Positions 38,315 through 52,020 of a stretch of 64,000 nt of DNA are shown here, one piece after another (positions within the stretch are counted from its first letter, which is position 1; the number at the start of each line of letters is the position of its first letter). The position numbers were made by a program, and so were the translations under genes. The notes under the pieces are model-generated. The model worked only from the letters and a program-made list of their open reading frames with translations. It was not told where the DNA came from and did not search any database. This DNA is from Hydrolagus affinis (Eukaryota), in NCBI GenBank assembly GCA_012026655.1, contig JAAILG010000629.1, forward strand, positions 1 to 64,000. The letters run 5' to 3'.

Positions 38315-41300
38315 CTGAAAATACAAACAGAGAGAGCGAGAGAGAGAGACCAGCTCTGACAAAGCCAGGTAATCTCTTGATTTTTATACACAACACAATA
38401 TTGCCATAATTTATGGGGTTTTTTGTCTGCTGGATTGGTCCAATGAAACCAGCTGCATAATTGCGTGGGCAGCTTATGCCTTCAGGCTTGAACAACTTTC
38501 AAATTTTTCTTGGCTCGGGGTAAGTCTGCACTACAGGCTTATAAGGCTTGAATGGAGCACTCGCAAAGAGGGAGCGACCGTCTTGAAACACTAAACAACC
38601 TTCCCTTTACCTAAACAAATGATAAAGCAAGTCACACGTAATATCAGGTTGTTAAGGTCATGTTTTCTGAAGTTAAAAGTGTATAAATAGAAACCGTATT
38701 GCACCCATACTATATGCCTATGACTTAAATAATGCAGTTTTTGTACGTAGATTAAGGCACTTTTAACTGTTTGCATGCAGTGAATTTATATACTCTGCTA
38801 TTGGCTCAGCTGGTAGCATTCTTGCCTCTGAATGGGAATGTTGTAGGTTAGAAGCTCCACATTGGGACTTTGAGTTCACAGTCCAGGTAGACAGTGGTTG
38901 ACAGTGGTGGCAATTGCATTGCCAAAGATACTTACCTTTGGATAAAATGAGTTTCTCCCAGTGTCCTGGCTAACTCTCCTCCCAGATAATACAAAGAAAT
39001 GATCATTCGCTTCACATTGTACAATATATTTGTGCTCAAACTGGCTGCCTCACTCACAAATACACGGCCACTACATTACGGAAAAAAACCCTCTGAACTC
39101 TTTAATCCATTTTGAAGTGATAAGGCATTATATTAAATACAAGGATTACTATATTCTTTTATTACTTTCTTGGGCATATTCATTTGCTTAAGGCACTGAC
39201 TCGCAGCCTGAGCATGTGCATTTGAGTCAATTTCCAGCCAGCGCAGGGGCCCAAGTGAAACCCAACTTTCCCCCTAAAGCACTGAGGCTGCCAGGGAAGA
39301 AATCCAGATGCTGTTAATAATGTCTAACCATCTTTGCACGAAACCCCATACTGAGTAAAATGGCAGAGTTATTTATAGGAAAAGCAGATAAATCCAGCGG
39401 TTCGGAGAAAACGCAGATTGAAGATTAGCTGAAAACAAAACAGCAAGTCAGGCCGGAACATCTATTTTTTCCCCCTACTTTTGAAAGAATGTTGGGGTTT
39501 AATTTCTTAGCAAAGTTCTTCAATTAGGAATCTGAACATTCCTCATATACCTGACCGGAGGTAAATCACGTCAACCTAAAGGAATTCCACTGTAGAGTAA
39601 TCTCCTTCCAAAGTGGAATTACCCGGACTCAAACAGGAATCATAATAAGGTTTCTTATTAACAAATGCCGCAAATTAGTCTCCGCTCTTTATTTTATTGC
39701 TCTTGGGTAGGGCACCTTCACTCTCATGTTACAATCATGTCACAGATAAGAAAGTGAGTGAGCTGATCTATTCCCAGGCCTCTCCTAGCTACTACTGGTA
39801 GTGTGTTGTGCTGGCCATTCAGAGGGACTCAAGGGTTGCTTTCCTATAATAAAAGAGCCAGTGATATCCACGTGACAACCAGGTTCCTACTTACCTACTT
39901 ACTTAGTGCTAGGTAAACAGAAATGTGTGGAGTAAGGAAACTTGCCTAAGACCCATTTATTCATAAAACTATTCGAATGAAACATTTTTTTTATTATAAA
40001 ACACTTGTTTGCGCATATCTTTATGCCTTTATATGTTAAGAAAAAGCAGCCACGTTCCAATCTTACACTTCACTTCATCAGAGAATGGAGATCGCCTTAT
40101 GGTACAAATGAAAATCACCCTTAATAGGAAGACATGAAGCAGCCTGAAATTAAATTTTCTGCAAGTTATTTATTTCAGGTCACATTCTGTTCTTATTTTG
40201 TTGTGAAATTTCTGATTATTGTCATTACAAATCCTATTGGAATCAGCTGTATCCCTTGACCAAGCTGAAGCTGAATTAAGGCCTGAATTGTGAGTTTAGC
40301 CACAATAATATGAAACACTTCATCATAGCAAATCCCTACTTGTAAAAACTTTGCTATGTAATGACTTTTCCTCCTGTGTTAACATGCAAACAGCTATAAT
40401 TGGTTTTGTATGGTCAGGATGTGTGCAGAGTCATTGTCATTTCCTACATGAGGCGCAAGTGGAAAATAGGGTGAAAGGAGAGATGGATAAAAGCCCAACC
40501 TATTTGCATTTGAAGCATATGCTTAATATACTTTCTTTAAATGGTCCGTCATAGATCTAAATATCCAGTACTAAAAACATAAATTCTGTACATTTGTCTG
40601 CACTTATTTCAGCTACCTTCTAATGTAACTTTCTTTAATCTCCACTGACCTACAGATTGCAAATCTGCCTCACTTTCCATCAATTCTGACTCCTGTTGTG
40701 TTGCATTCTGACCTTTCATGTTTATTTCTGGTACTTGATCTTGTAGCCTTTGCTGTCTCCCTTGAACAAACTACTGATTTGCTTTCCACTGCAAAATCTG
40801 AGACTGGGTTCCACAAGAATGAAATTCTTTTAATAACTGCTGTATAATGGAATGATTGTTTGACTTAAGTATTTGCCACCTCACTGGCGGAAAGCATAAT
40901 GTACTCTGAAAGGGTGAGGAAAATGAATTTTTTTTAATAGAAAAGTAGCCACAGAAACAACTTTTTAGTGTTTTATGTCCGTCGAATACTGAATAACTTT
41001 TGCAGATTATGGAAAAGCAAACAATTTCATCCAAGTTACTCACCCAGCAATTAGCATTACACCATCCCTTTTTCCTGTTTTGCGCAAGCTGGGAATCATG
41101 TGATGCCTTGCTTAGACTTAGATTGACTTTTCTGAAGGAATTCCAACTTTAAATGAAGAAACTATTATTGTATTTGAAAATACACACATACATCTAAAAG
41201 GTCATTTTGTTTAAAAACAAACCCAGAATTTAACATGGTTTTGTTATGAGTTAGTCAGGCTCAAATCATTTCCTTATGCAAGATGTTGAGCACCTCTTCC

Positions 41301-43288
41301 AACATTTATAACTAGATCAAAGTTGACATCATTCCAAGCAGAAGACTTGATCATTTGAGGCAGCCGCATGCGAACATAGCAGTTCAGCATGCAAATACTT
41401 CAGGAATGTTTTGTGCTTAAAGGCTGGCTTCTTGCACCTGTGGTAAGTCTGGTTAAAGGAAGACAGTGATAGCCCCTAGAAAGCAGAAATTCTATTCCTT
41501 TCTGCTGAATATCAATAGGGAATATTACCGGAGCCAAACTGCAGCTTGTTACATCAAGTTTCCACAGAATCACAGACACCTTGCAGTGGAAGACATCCAT
41601 CTCTGCCAATGGCTACCTATTCTTCCTTTAGTAAACACCCCCTTCTGGACTAAAACAGATTAAACTGGAGTTTATAGCTCAGATGCTATACACGAACCCA
41701 ATGCAAGTGATAACTTCAGCTGCATCCAGGGAAATGAGATTGGATGATACATCTTTCAGAAGACAAAAAAGAAACATTTTGATACAATTAATGTTTAAAA
41801 GTATCACTTCCAACTCACAAATGTTGAAATTCAGGTGGATTGATGAATAGAATACAGATAGGAAATTATTTCCAGCCATGGTGAGTCAGAGACAAGAGGG
41901 GCATCAATTTAAGATAATTACCAAAGGAGCAAAAGCATTTGGGTGAAGTATCAGACAACACCTGATAACATAATATTATAAGGATAATCCTTAGGTTTCA
42001 TACAGTGTCTTTCCTATCAGGAGGACGTCTCAAAGCGTTTCACAGGATATACTTGTCAGTTGGGGCTGAATGTGAAGTGACTAACTGCTCCAGCCAGTGA
42101 CAACAATGAACCATCGACTGTCTGAAGACTCCAGTCAAACAGGCTAGCACTTAAATGACAGATGATGCTTTGTATTCCTTCCTTATTCAAGGAAAGAGAA
42201 AAAAACCCTGGGGAAGCACATGTTATTTATTATACAGTATCATTAACCTCGGGCAAGCTTTCAATAAGATGGAGATATTTTGCTTTCATGTAAAAATGAT
42301 TAAATCCAAATTCAATAAAGATTTGGGTGTATTTAAACCCGGAGAGTCTATGCCACGTAAAAGAACTGAATAATATTGAATAATTTCATACTAAAAATCC
42401 AAATGGTCATTGGTGTAAACTGAAAAGAAGCAGAGGGTGATGGCACCCATTTGTGAATGACCACAGTGCAGTGGTAACTGGCAAGCCTTTCACTACGTCT
42501 CACCGCCAGTGAACAAACACCAATGTAGATCACTACCACGACATTTGGAGCATCAGAGAATTTGGGGCTTGCAAGTCAGAATTTCCTGCAGGCCAACAGC
42601 AGCTGTCAAAATAAAAACCTTTCTATTGAAGACTGCGCCTTTGAAATGGATGAAAGCACCGCTCTGGCATTGTATGGATGCCCTTTGCTATCTTTGCTAC
42701 TGCCAACCTGGAATTTGTGGCTTGCAAGTCAGAAAACCCTGATTGTAATGCAGGCAGAAACGCAAACCGCAAGAGAAAAGAAACAAAGACCACAGAGGCA
42801 CCTCTTTCCGCTTCAAAGCAGATGGTGAGTTTGAGTCTTATTATAGCTCATGCTACAGAAGAGAAAAACAGCATTCGTATGTTAAAATAGAATGCAATAC
42901 TCTGAATCCTACTTGAGAGATTGAAATCTACATTGTTCCGATGTGTATTTAAGAGTGCTTCCCTTTGTGAAAGCTCATCACACGATACTCCATGATACAA
43001 AATGCCATTTTCAATTGGATTTCAAACAAGTCCTTTCCAGCAAGTTTTCAGCATGCAAATAATGGGAATCCATTCGCAAAGCAATTTAGACAGACTAAGC
43101 CTGAAATAGATTCCTTCCTTCTTTGCTTGATGTTTCCTGTTGTCACTGTGGAGCATTTTAAAGACAATCCTGCAGTATACAAAGTGTTGATTAGAAGAGA
43201 AGCAAACTAAAGATTTGTTTGTAATAATAGTTATATTTGCATTTGATGTAGCTCCTTATCACTTTGCTGAAACATCTCAAAGCACTTC

Positions 43289-43405
43289 ACATAGAATCAT
43301 AGAATTTTACGGCACAAAAGGAGGCCGTTCGGCCCATCTAGTCTGTGCCGGCTCCTTGAAAAGAGCAACTCAATCCCACTGCCCCACTCTCTCCCCATAA
43401 CCTAA
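43289..43405 (-). mobile_element. CR1 3' terminal fragment
   Basis: CATAGAATCATAGAA tail repeat followed by GGAGGCCGTTCGGCCCATC. Confidence 0.7.
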
Positions 43406-43849
43406 CAGGCCTGTTCCTTTATACAGTACTGTACTGTAAAGTGGATTAACTGTGTACGTTATGGGTGTAATGCAAATCAAAAACTTTACATTCTTATCGT
43501 ATTTCTCAGGTAAAAAGTAAAGTCTTGAAAGTGCTTTTCAGAATACACTTGATTGCAAGTGAACTTTTAGAACTGAACAATATTATCTGGCAGAAAAAGA
43601 TAGGGAATATAATAATATAATAATAGGGAAGAATGATTCCTACTTTTAATTAATTCTTTCCAGGAGAAAGATGTCCAACTGAGTGCATTCCCAACGTTGT
43701 ACTAACTATTGTTGGGGTTTGGTGTTCATTTTAAAAGCTGCTGTTATGGTTATGATTGCCGTAAACTTTTAGGAAGCATTTTTGGAGTAGAGTCTAAGTC
43801 AATGCAAATTTGCGGCATTTATATTGTGCTACAGTGGTAATCGATGTGT

Positions 43850-44159
43850 CCGAGAAATCACCTCCACCTAGGTCACACTGCTCAATTGGCCTCCTTTTTA
43901 TTCCTTGCACCCTCTGTTCTACCATCGGAGGCTGCACTTTCAGCCACTGCTCCCCAAAACTCAGGAACACTCTCTCTCAATCCCTTTGCCTTGCTCCCCC
44001 TCTCCCCCTTTTTAAGTCCCACCTGAAAATCTTCCTCTTCGACTGTGTTCACATTCCGCCACACACCCCCCTTCTTGGAGTCATGCTCCGTCCCTGTTAA
44101 GTGTTCTGAGGTGCTACCTGATGTGGAGAGCGTTATATAAGTGCAAGTTGTTGTTGTTG
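43850..44159 (+). mobile_element. L2 LINE 3' fragment
   Basis: GGCTFSHCSPKLRNTL...FKSHLKIFLF motif; ends in TATATAAGTGCAAG(TTG)n. Confidence 0.85.
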
Positions 44160-45549
44160 GACTTATATTGGATTTCCTATAGTTCTTGACACCAAAAGCA
44201 CGGTACAAACTGGATATTAGTTTAACATACTAGCATATCAGACCTTCTGTTATTTGGATTAACAAATTCCACAAAGCCTTAATAGGATTCTCCAGAGATC
44301 TCACATCTTGCAGGATACGTCTACTGTAAAATTACTACGCGAAAAGATAAAGAAGTGGTCTTAGGACATCGTCTTCTATACTTCCTCATGAAAATTCTCC
44401 TCACTGGTGCCAAAAATGAACAAACACTAAAGTTCCTTCTTATGGCATCCTGCAGGTTCCTGAAGACCATCCACCCAATATGCGTCAATATCCCATGGAA
44501 ATGTCCCATTAGGCGAAGCCCTTGCTAAGGCGGACATACTCCTTATTCAGTCTCTTTCTCCGTTCCTGATCTACTGCCAACAGCTAGTTGATACCCTATG
44601 AATGACGCCCACAGATAATTTAGGCATTATCTGTCGGATTCCACACCCATCCTCCTTGGCTTGACAGCTCACAAAATAATACTAGTCACTGCTGCAACAG
44701 ACTGCCAAGGCTGGACAGCCACATGCTAGCTGCTAGAATGGGTAGGCAGAGGTTGTAACCATTCAACAAGATCACAATGCAACGTGTAGTCCACCATGTA
44801 TGCTGTTCACATCATGAGAATATAATAACAACAGAGTTTTAACCAAATAGTGTAACTATTGGAATAAAAAAGTAACAAAAGGAATATGATTTTAAATGTA
44901 TGGACTTTGGAATTGCTACTATTCTAGATTTCCCTAGTGGTAGGAGTAAAATTCTATCTGGGGATAGAAAATTGCAAAGATTTGGATGCAATCCCAATAG
45001 TTCAAATCCAAATTTCAAACCGAATATCACAAGGGCTTTCTATTATTTGGATCTCCACAATGAAAATTCAGATTGTAGTCGCTCCAAAGTATTGCATCAG
45101 CATTCCAGTCACCATCACTTCCAGCAAATGCAATCAAACGTTGGCTTGGTATTGCACACAGAAATATACCAGGTATCATTGAGAAAATGTTGTTTTTTAA
45201 GATCAATGAGAGTTTTCAGAGAGACCACAAGTTATTTAAAATAAGAGAGGAATGCTGTGGTTTGCATCTGTAAACTTGGAAAATAATACTTGTTTTTAAG
45301 GATGCGTTTTTTTGGGATCACCACTACCAGTGTAATATTCCCTTGTTATTGTCCCCTTACAGCATTACTATGTTTCCAAATTGTAACTTATTTCATCAAG
45401 GTCTTTGAGGTACACTAATGTGAAAGTAAGACACATCAAATACAAATATTATTGATTGTTATCTTATTTATTGAAAGGTACCAAGTTCAATTTAAAGCTA
45501 TTGCATACCTTGAAATAAAGGGAATCAGAAAGTTAGGTTGGCACGGTGA

Positions 45550-45760
45550 TAACAACAACAACTTGTTGTTGCTATAGTGGCCTTGGCATCTAGGAACGCT
45601 TAACAGTGAGCGAGCCCGAAGCCGAGCTAGGGGAAGGGGAATGTGACTGTAGGAATGGTCAAAGAGGAAGGTCTTAAAGTGCAACCTGAAAATGGGGAGA
45701 GAGGAGGCAAGGTCAAGAGATTGCGGAAAAGAGTTCAACAGTTTCTGGATATAGTGGCAA
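45550..45760 (-). mobile_element. L2 LINE 3' fragment (old)
   Basis: LLNSFPQSL...FKTFLFD motif in ORF 45487..45783; (TTG)n tail. Confidence 0.7.
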
Positions 45761-48700
45761 GGAGTAATACGATATGGGAACAACTAATTTTGATGGCACC
45801 AATTCCCATTCACTGCTGGAGTTTTCCATGACAACCTCATGAGGGGAAGGAGGTCCCAAGTTGAAAAGGAAATCATTCAGGAGCATACTCATGGGCAGTC
45901 CTTATGGACAGCATTAGAATAGCATAGGTTAAAGACTATGGGATATTGCATGCTCATCCCAATAGCCACATAAGTTTTGTGGAAGGAAAACTGGAAACCA
46001 ATAAATAGACATCTGCTGTTATAAAACCCTTGAGAAGGTTCACATTTCACCAGAACTTCTGTGATTTTTTCTTAAAACAGATTTCTTTACCGTTCAACAT
46101 ACACATTGTGAAAGATGCCACACAAGTGTAAATTTGTTGTAGTTATTGATCTCTTTGCTTGGGTCCTAAGGATTACACCATAAAGAGGAATACTTTGTTG
46201 TAATGATATTCTGTGACTTTGTACTTATTATATATATATATACACGCGCATACATTAAAAAAAATCAGATCAGAAATGTTGTGGTCTCCTTTTTGAAAAC
46301 AAATACTCTCAGCCCCAACTATTACAATATTTTAAGAGGCTCTAGAATAAGATTGATTGTAAATGGAATGGAAATTGACTTGAAATAAAAAAATCAGTTT
46401 TGCTGCATGAGAAAAGGGCACTATAAAATCTGTGTTCTCAAGAACAGGATGTGGTAGAGAGGGAAAAAGAGTGAGAGGCCGATTTGAATGCAAAAACTAT
46501 AATCGCTGTCCCTGAGGGAAATCATTGCCAGAACTCCCTGTGATCAAGAAACACAGAGATCCTTTCACACTGCAAGTTTACAGATACTGTATATAATTAA
46601 AGCTACAAAAACTGGTTTCTCAATTCTAAACTGCAATGCTTGATATGCACTTGGGATTGGCAATTTTATTTGCTCTTCCCCCCTCCTCTGCCTGTTTTCA
46701 TATGACTCAAAATTGTTTTACTTACAATCCAGATGTCTTGCAGCATTTCGTTAGAAGAGTTACTTCTGTTGCAGAACAATCCTGACCTGTACGTATCTCT
46801 CCATCATATTCCTTGGTCCAGCACTCAGATTTCACGCAAAGGATGACAGTTTCTTTGAAGCAGATGTTTCTCAGAACAGAACCCTCAGCAACTTGTGGTG
46901 ATCCGAAAGGATTAAAAATAATTAGTAACAATAAGTAAACAAGCTCACGGATGGACAATGTCAAATCATAAAATTTTAAAATTATTTTATTTATCCCCCA
47001 AATGATTTAAAAGGCGTTTGCTCTCTAGACAACCACTCCACGAAAATAACTCATTATTGGGCAACTTTCTTTTTGGAAATTTGAGTAAAATATAGAACAA
47101 TAATAATAATCCTTGCATTTGATTTAGCGCAGTTCACATCTTATCGACGTCTCAAAGCACCTCACTGAATATACTGTAAAGTGAATTGACTGTATATTTG
47201 TGGGCAAAATAATTGAGCTCTGATCTCTCTGGTCTAGGTGTAGCAATCTAGTTTCATCTCACATTGATAATTGTCACTGTAACAGAATAAGATTGATCGC
47301 TGAGGGCTTAAAACAGGCATCGGAGTGAAAGAGAAAGTAATGTTGCCAAAATAAATATGAAGACTCAAACTCCAATTAGATAAATGATCATTTTATGCAC
47401 TTGTAAAAAAAAAGTAAAAGCAGACAAAATAAAATGGTAGATTGAGAGTTTCTATATGTGTTTTGGATTCCTCTCTTCAAGTTTTATCTTTCTTACAATT
47501 TTATTTCATGTTACAGTAAAAGGTGGGGCGGGTAGGATGGAGATAGTGAGAAGAGTACTGTAGTAATGTACAGTACTCTCATTGGTGTAATTCTGCTGAG
47601 GACAAAATTCCTCAGGATATTAGTCTTCAAATTTAAGATGGTGCAGCATTTGGGATAACTCATTAATTCAGTATTAAATCAGAAGTTAGTTATTTTTCTT
47701 CAATTCTTAAAGAATCTAGAGATTTCCACCATTTATGTGTTATTATATATGCAATGCAGTAAATTAATATTATAAAGTGCTGAACATTAGATATTTGTCA
47801 CAAGAAAAGTAAAGCCAGAAATGCAGGAATCTTGCATTCATCATTTGGACACTTCACAGTGAAAGGGAAACAATTACTAAGGTTTTTATGGAATGATTGA
47901 TGCATGGATGTTGGCTGTTTGTGGAACACAGTCACTAAACTGTGCAGTAATTCCTGTGAAGCAGTTTTAAACATCCCTCCGCAAATAAAAACTCAATACT
48001 GTAATCGCAAACATTATGAACAGTGATTAAAACAAAGAATTTGTGATTTAAATTCAGGATTAAATTAAGAGCAAGAGGTGAAAGATCACTTCCTGATCCA
48101 ATAATTACAGTAATTGCTGACACCGCCTCTATATTGCAATCCAATCCTCATGTATGGTAATATAACCTTTCCATTACACTTCAGAACTATCAGCAAGATG
48201 GCACATATTTAACAGTTTCATGGTTAGAACTGTGTAAACTGGATACTAGACTTGAATCCCAAGTCGCCTTTTGTCTCTTGAGTCTTTATAGTCAGTGATA
48301 ATGAGTTTCAATTTCAGATTCAAACCAACTTCACCAGACGTTAAATCTTGAACCTTAGGAAAAAATTTCAAACCAAACAAGCTTTAAAATTAATTTATCA
48401 CCAACATTCCATCTTATAAAATGCCTCCCCACTGGTCAGGACTTTAAGATCACAGTCTGGGCTGACAGTACAGACTAATACATTGCTGGCAGTGTGCTCA
48501 TTGTCGGAGGTGCTGCCCCTTTCGAATAACAATAATAATCCTTGCGTTTGATATAGACATGATAAGGAGCTATACCAAATGCAAGGAATTTTTTTGTATA
48601 GAAAGTATCCAAATGAGACTGAGATTTCCATATGTATCACCTATGCATGGAAATTCCCCTGTCCGGAATGGAATGCCTTGTGCACTGTTTCCCTGGAGAG

Positions 48701-50347
48701 ACATGCACAGTTTATCTAATTCTAGAGAGTATTAGCACTAGTTAACAAGAGCCATGGCTTGGGGACCTGGAGTGTTTGCTGGGGCAGGTTAACCAGCTAA
48801 AGATGCATGACGCTCCCCTGAAAACCTTGTTTGACAAGCTGGGATGAGTCTATCCATTAGGGCTTTTAACCAGGAATTTATGATACAAAATTAAACTTTT
48901 GAAGGTTAATTGAGAAATTGAATGGCATCAAGTAGAGATTCCCACCAGTAACCACTAGTCTGTCATTTTGACCTGAGAGACTTCTGCGCTTAAGGTAGAT
49001 AATATTGAGCTGGAGTTCCCACAGATTGTCAGGGTATAGAGCATTTTGGTTCTCTTATTATGGAGTTGTGTCAACGCATGTGTCTTCCTCGAGAGTCTCA
49101 GTAAAAGTGAATTCTAGAACAATTTACGATATGTCAGAAATGCCACCAAATCATGATACAACTAACAGTTGTAGTTTAGGTTACAACATTTTCCACGTTT
49201 CTTGTTTGTTAACTCATGGCTTTGAAATCCAAAACTTCTTTGCATCTCTCTATATGAAGCATATTCTGGATGGCCTCGTGTGTGGAGAAAATAATGGTAA
49301 CTGCTTTGCTCTCCTGGCATGCCAAGTTTTGTTTTAAAGCTGATTTTATAACATTTTGTAACTTGTCCTTCGCTACAAATTGTCTGGAATCAGGGATATA
49401 TGTTACTACTGCCATTATTACTTAATCTTTTAACCTTTTTGCTACAGATAGTTAACTTGAACCTTCTTCCGCTTGTTAATTCAAATACTAGCTTCTTTGA
49501 GAATAAGTCAATCAAAACTCAATACGCATTGGATTTTTCCTTACGTACTGAACAATCATAAATGTGTTACAAACATAAAGCTCTCTATTTATGTTTTGTA
49601 CCACTGAGCCTTGTATCCATTTCCACCCTCTGTTTACCTTCCGCAGTTCATGAATATTGTAATAAGTAAAATCTCAATCAATGATTAGAAATAAATAATT
49701 ACAATAACAATCCTAGCATTTGATATCATTGAGATATCTCAAAGAGATTCACTGAAAATATATTCTAAAACGGATTGATTGTATATTTTGTAGGCAAAAC
49801 ACGGCAGCCAATTGCGCACAGTGGTGTTCCACAAATAGTCATGGATTTAGTGACCACATTTTCTTTTGGAGGGATTTTTTGGAAGAATATACAGTGGCTC
49901 GATTGCACACCAAGAATAAAGCAGGAAAATACTGTGAAAGAGCTGATTCTGCACGTGGAGGTAACAGTATCCCGAAACATTCAGCAGCTGCAAAAGCTAT
50001 TTATAATACACAATTTGTACAGAAGATCTGGTGTTTGTAAGTAAAGACAAGACGATTGAAAAAAGACTGTGGTGGGTGAAAGATAGTGAATCATGCAGAC
50101 AATACGACATAAAAGCTTAGTGTTGAAGTATCTTAATTGCATGTTAATTGAAGGTATACAAATTCAGAATCATACCATCTTTATGGTACCTTAAAACAAA
50201 ATGATGTAAAAGCAAACCAAGAGAGAACCAGGGTCATCTGTGCTGCCGATGCTCAACTGGCTATGCCTGCCATGCAGACAGCAATAAAAAAAATTTTTTT
50301 ACCACCAGAAGGTTTTCCCAAATTCCATTCATTTTCAGAACTTTTAC

Positions 50348-50800
50348 CTTCCTGACAGAAAACTTACATATATTGTACATCTCTGTCCACCGTCAGGTTA
50401 CCCTAGGATCATACTCTATCCATGCTTTAATAAGTTTCAAAGATTCTCCCAGAAAGAAAAACGCACATTGCAGTACAGCCGGCCAATGATTCACAAAGAA
50501 AGCAAAACAAAAAAAAACACTCACTTTTCTCCCAAAGCTCACGTTCTTCAGCATGGACGACTAGCAGATTTTTGTGAAGGCTTTTGGATGTGCCGAGTCC
50601 ACTTATATATGTCTGCTTTAAAATTTCTAAGAATCCCCTCACTCTTTACTTGCTCTGTCACAAACTGAACTGATTTAAGATGTCTCCAAAGGAAAAAAAA
50701 GCTAACATTCTGGGGATTCTTGGGAGACGGCCAGAGATCCCAGAGTTCCATGAGTCACACAGACTGTTTCAATTAGAGGTGCTGACTATGGCCAATCACA
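50348..50800 (-). promoter_or_regulatory. Candidate DDR2 promoter / first exon region
   Basis: Minus-strand donors AAG|GTAAAA (50348) and TAT|GTAAGT (50368); GGCCAAT boxes at ~50481 and ~50791; TGAGTCA at 50751; repeat-free, between the UAP1 3' end and DDR2. Confidence 0.3.
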
Positions 50801-51589
50801 GTGGTTTCGACCCATTTTCCTGCCCAAGGGAAGAGCTGCCCATGATAATAACAAGCGGTGGAGGCTGAATGAGTTCACTGAATGAGAAGTACTGTTAGTC
50901 CATAGGTCATACAATTAGTCACAAGATTACAACTCAAAACAATGAACTGTAATAGAGGAAGGAAATAAGGCTGCAATATTAACGTTATATCCCTCAAACC
51001 TTCATTGTGTATCGATATTGAATTAACCGTGAAATTCCCATGAAACTCCACATACATCTGCTTAAGACGAGCACAATCTGCTTTGAATTAGTGAATGACA
51101 CTTGCACTCATGGGATCTCATATACCTGTAGTCTGAAAACAAAATACTTTGGCCCATCGTTAAACTGATATATATGCTTTTCAAATCAAGTTTGTCCACT
51201 TTTTTTTTCTCATTGACTACATCTGTCTGAAGATTCAAACGATGGACCACTTTTAATACCTTGACAGAATTAATCCTCAATTGAATTTTCCGAGAGAGGA
51301 AAAAAACGAGTGCAACAGAAGGGATAGATTTACAGCCAGCAATTTATATTTTCTTGGATTGGACAAAGAGTTATCTGAAGTTATTTAATATAATATACGA
51401 ACAGTCACCACTCATTGTTTACATCCTCTCTTCACCACCTGGGATGGATTTGACAGATCTGGACTCAATGTTAAATGATGTATATAAATTTTCTTAGTGA
51501 TGCAATCTGCAACTGTTATGGGATACTGCTGTACGCAATCAATCTCCATGTTTAACCACAAAATACCCTGTCAAACACTTTCACCATAT

Positions 51590-52020
51590 ACACTTTACAG
51601 TATATTCTGTGAAGCAGAATATACAGCACTATATCAAATGTAAGGATTATTATTACTATATTAAATGCAAGATTATTGATATTAAAATATATACTGTATA
51701 TAGCAAAAAAATTAAGGGTGTGTATTTTGTGCCAGAGCCATAGAGGTTAAGGATTGCATTTATACAGTTGGTGTACTTATATGAGATGTTAGTGCAATGA
51801 AGAACACCTCCTCCGTCCTTCTCAAATACTCCCTTTCTTTGCTGCAGTAAATATTCCAGACAGATAATAATAGTGCATTTGATATAGTGCTTTTCACATC
51901 TTATCGACGTCTCAAAGTGCTTCACAGAATATACTGTAAAGTGAATTGATGTGGTGACCTTGTGAATAATAATAATCCTTGCATTTGATATAGTGCATAA
52001 TCACATCTCAAAGTATCAAA
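51590..52020. repeat. Cluster of three SINE 3' tails (one on +, two on -)
   Basis: Repeated ACAGTATATTCTGTGAAGC and ATAATCCTTGCATTTGATATAG motifs. Confidence 0.75.

Noticed and set aside
44280-44770. Coding-like stretch, possibly an old RTE LINE C-terminus on the minus strand
   Set aside because: Too degenerate to assign by eye.
34147-46710. Scattered AP-1 (TGASTCA) and TEAD-like motifs in the DDR2 upstream introns
   Set aside because: Several such 7-mers are expected by chance in 64 kb; no enrichment can be shown without conservation or chromatin data.
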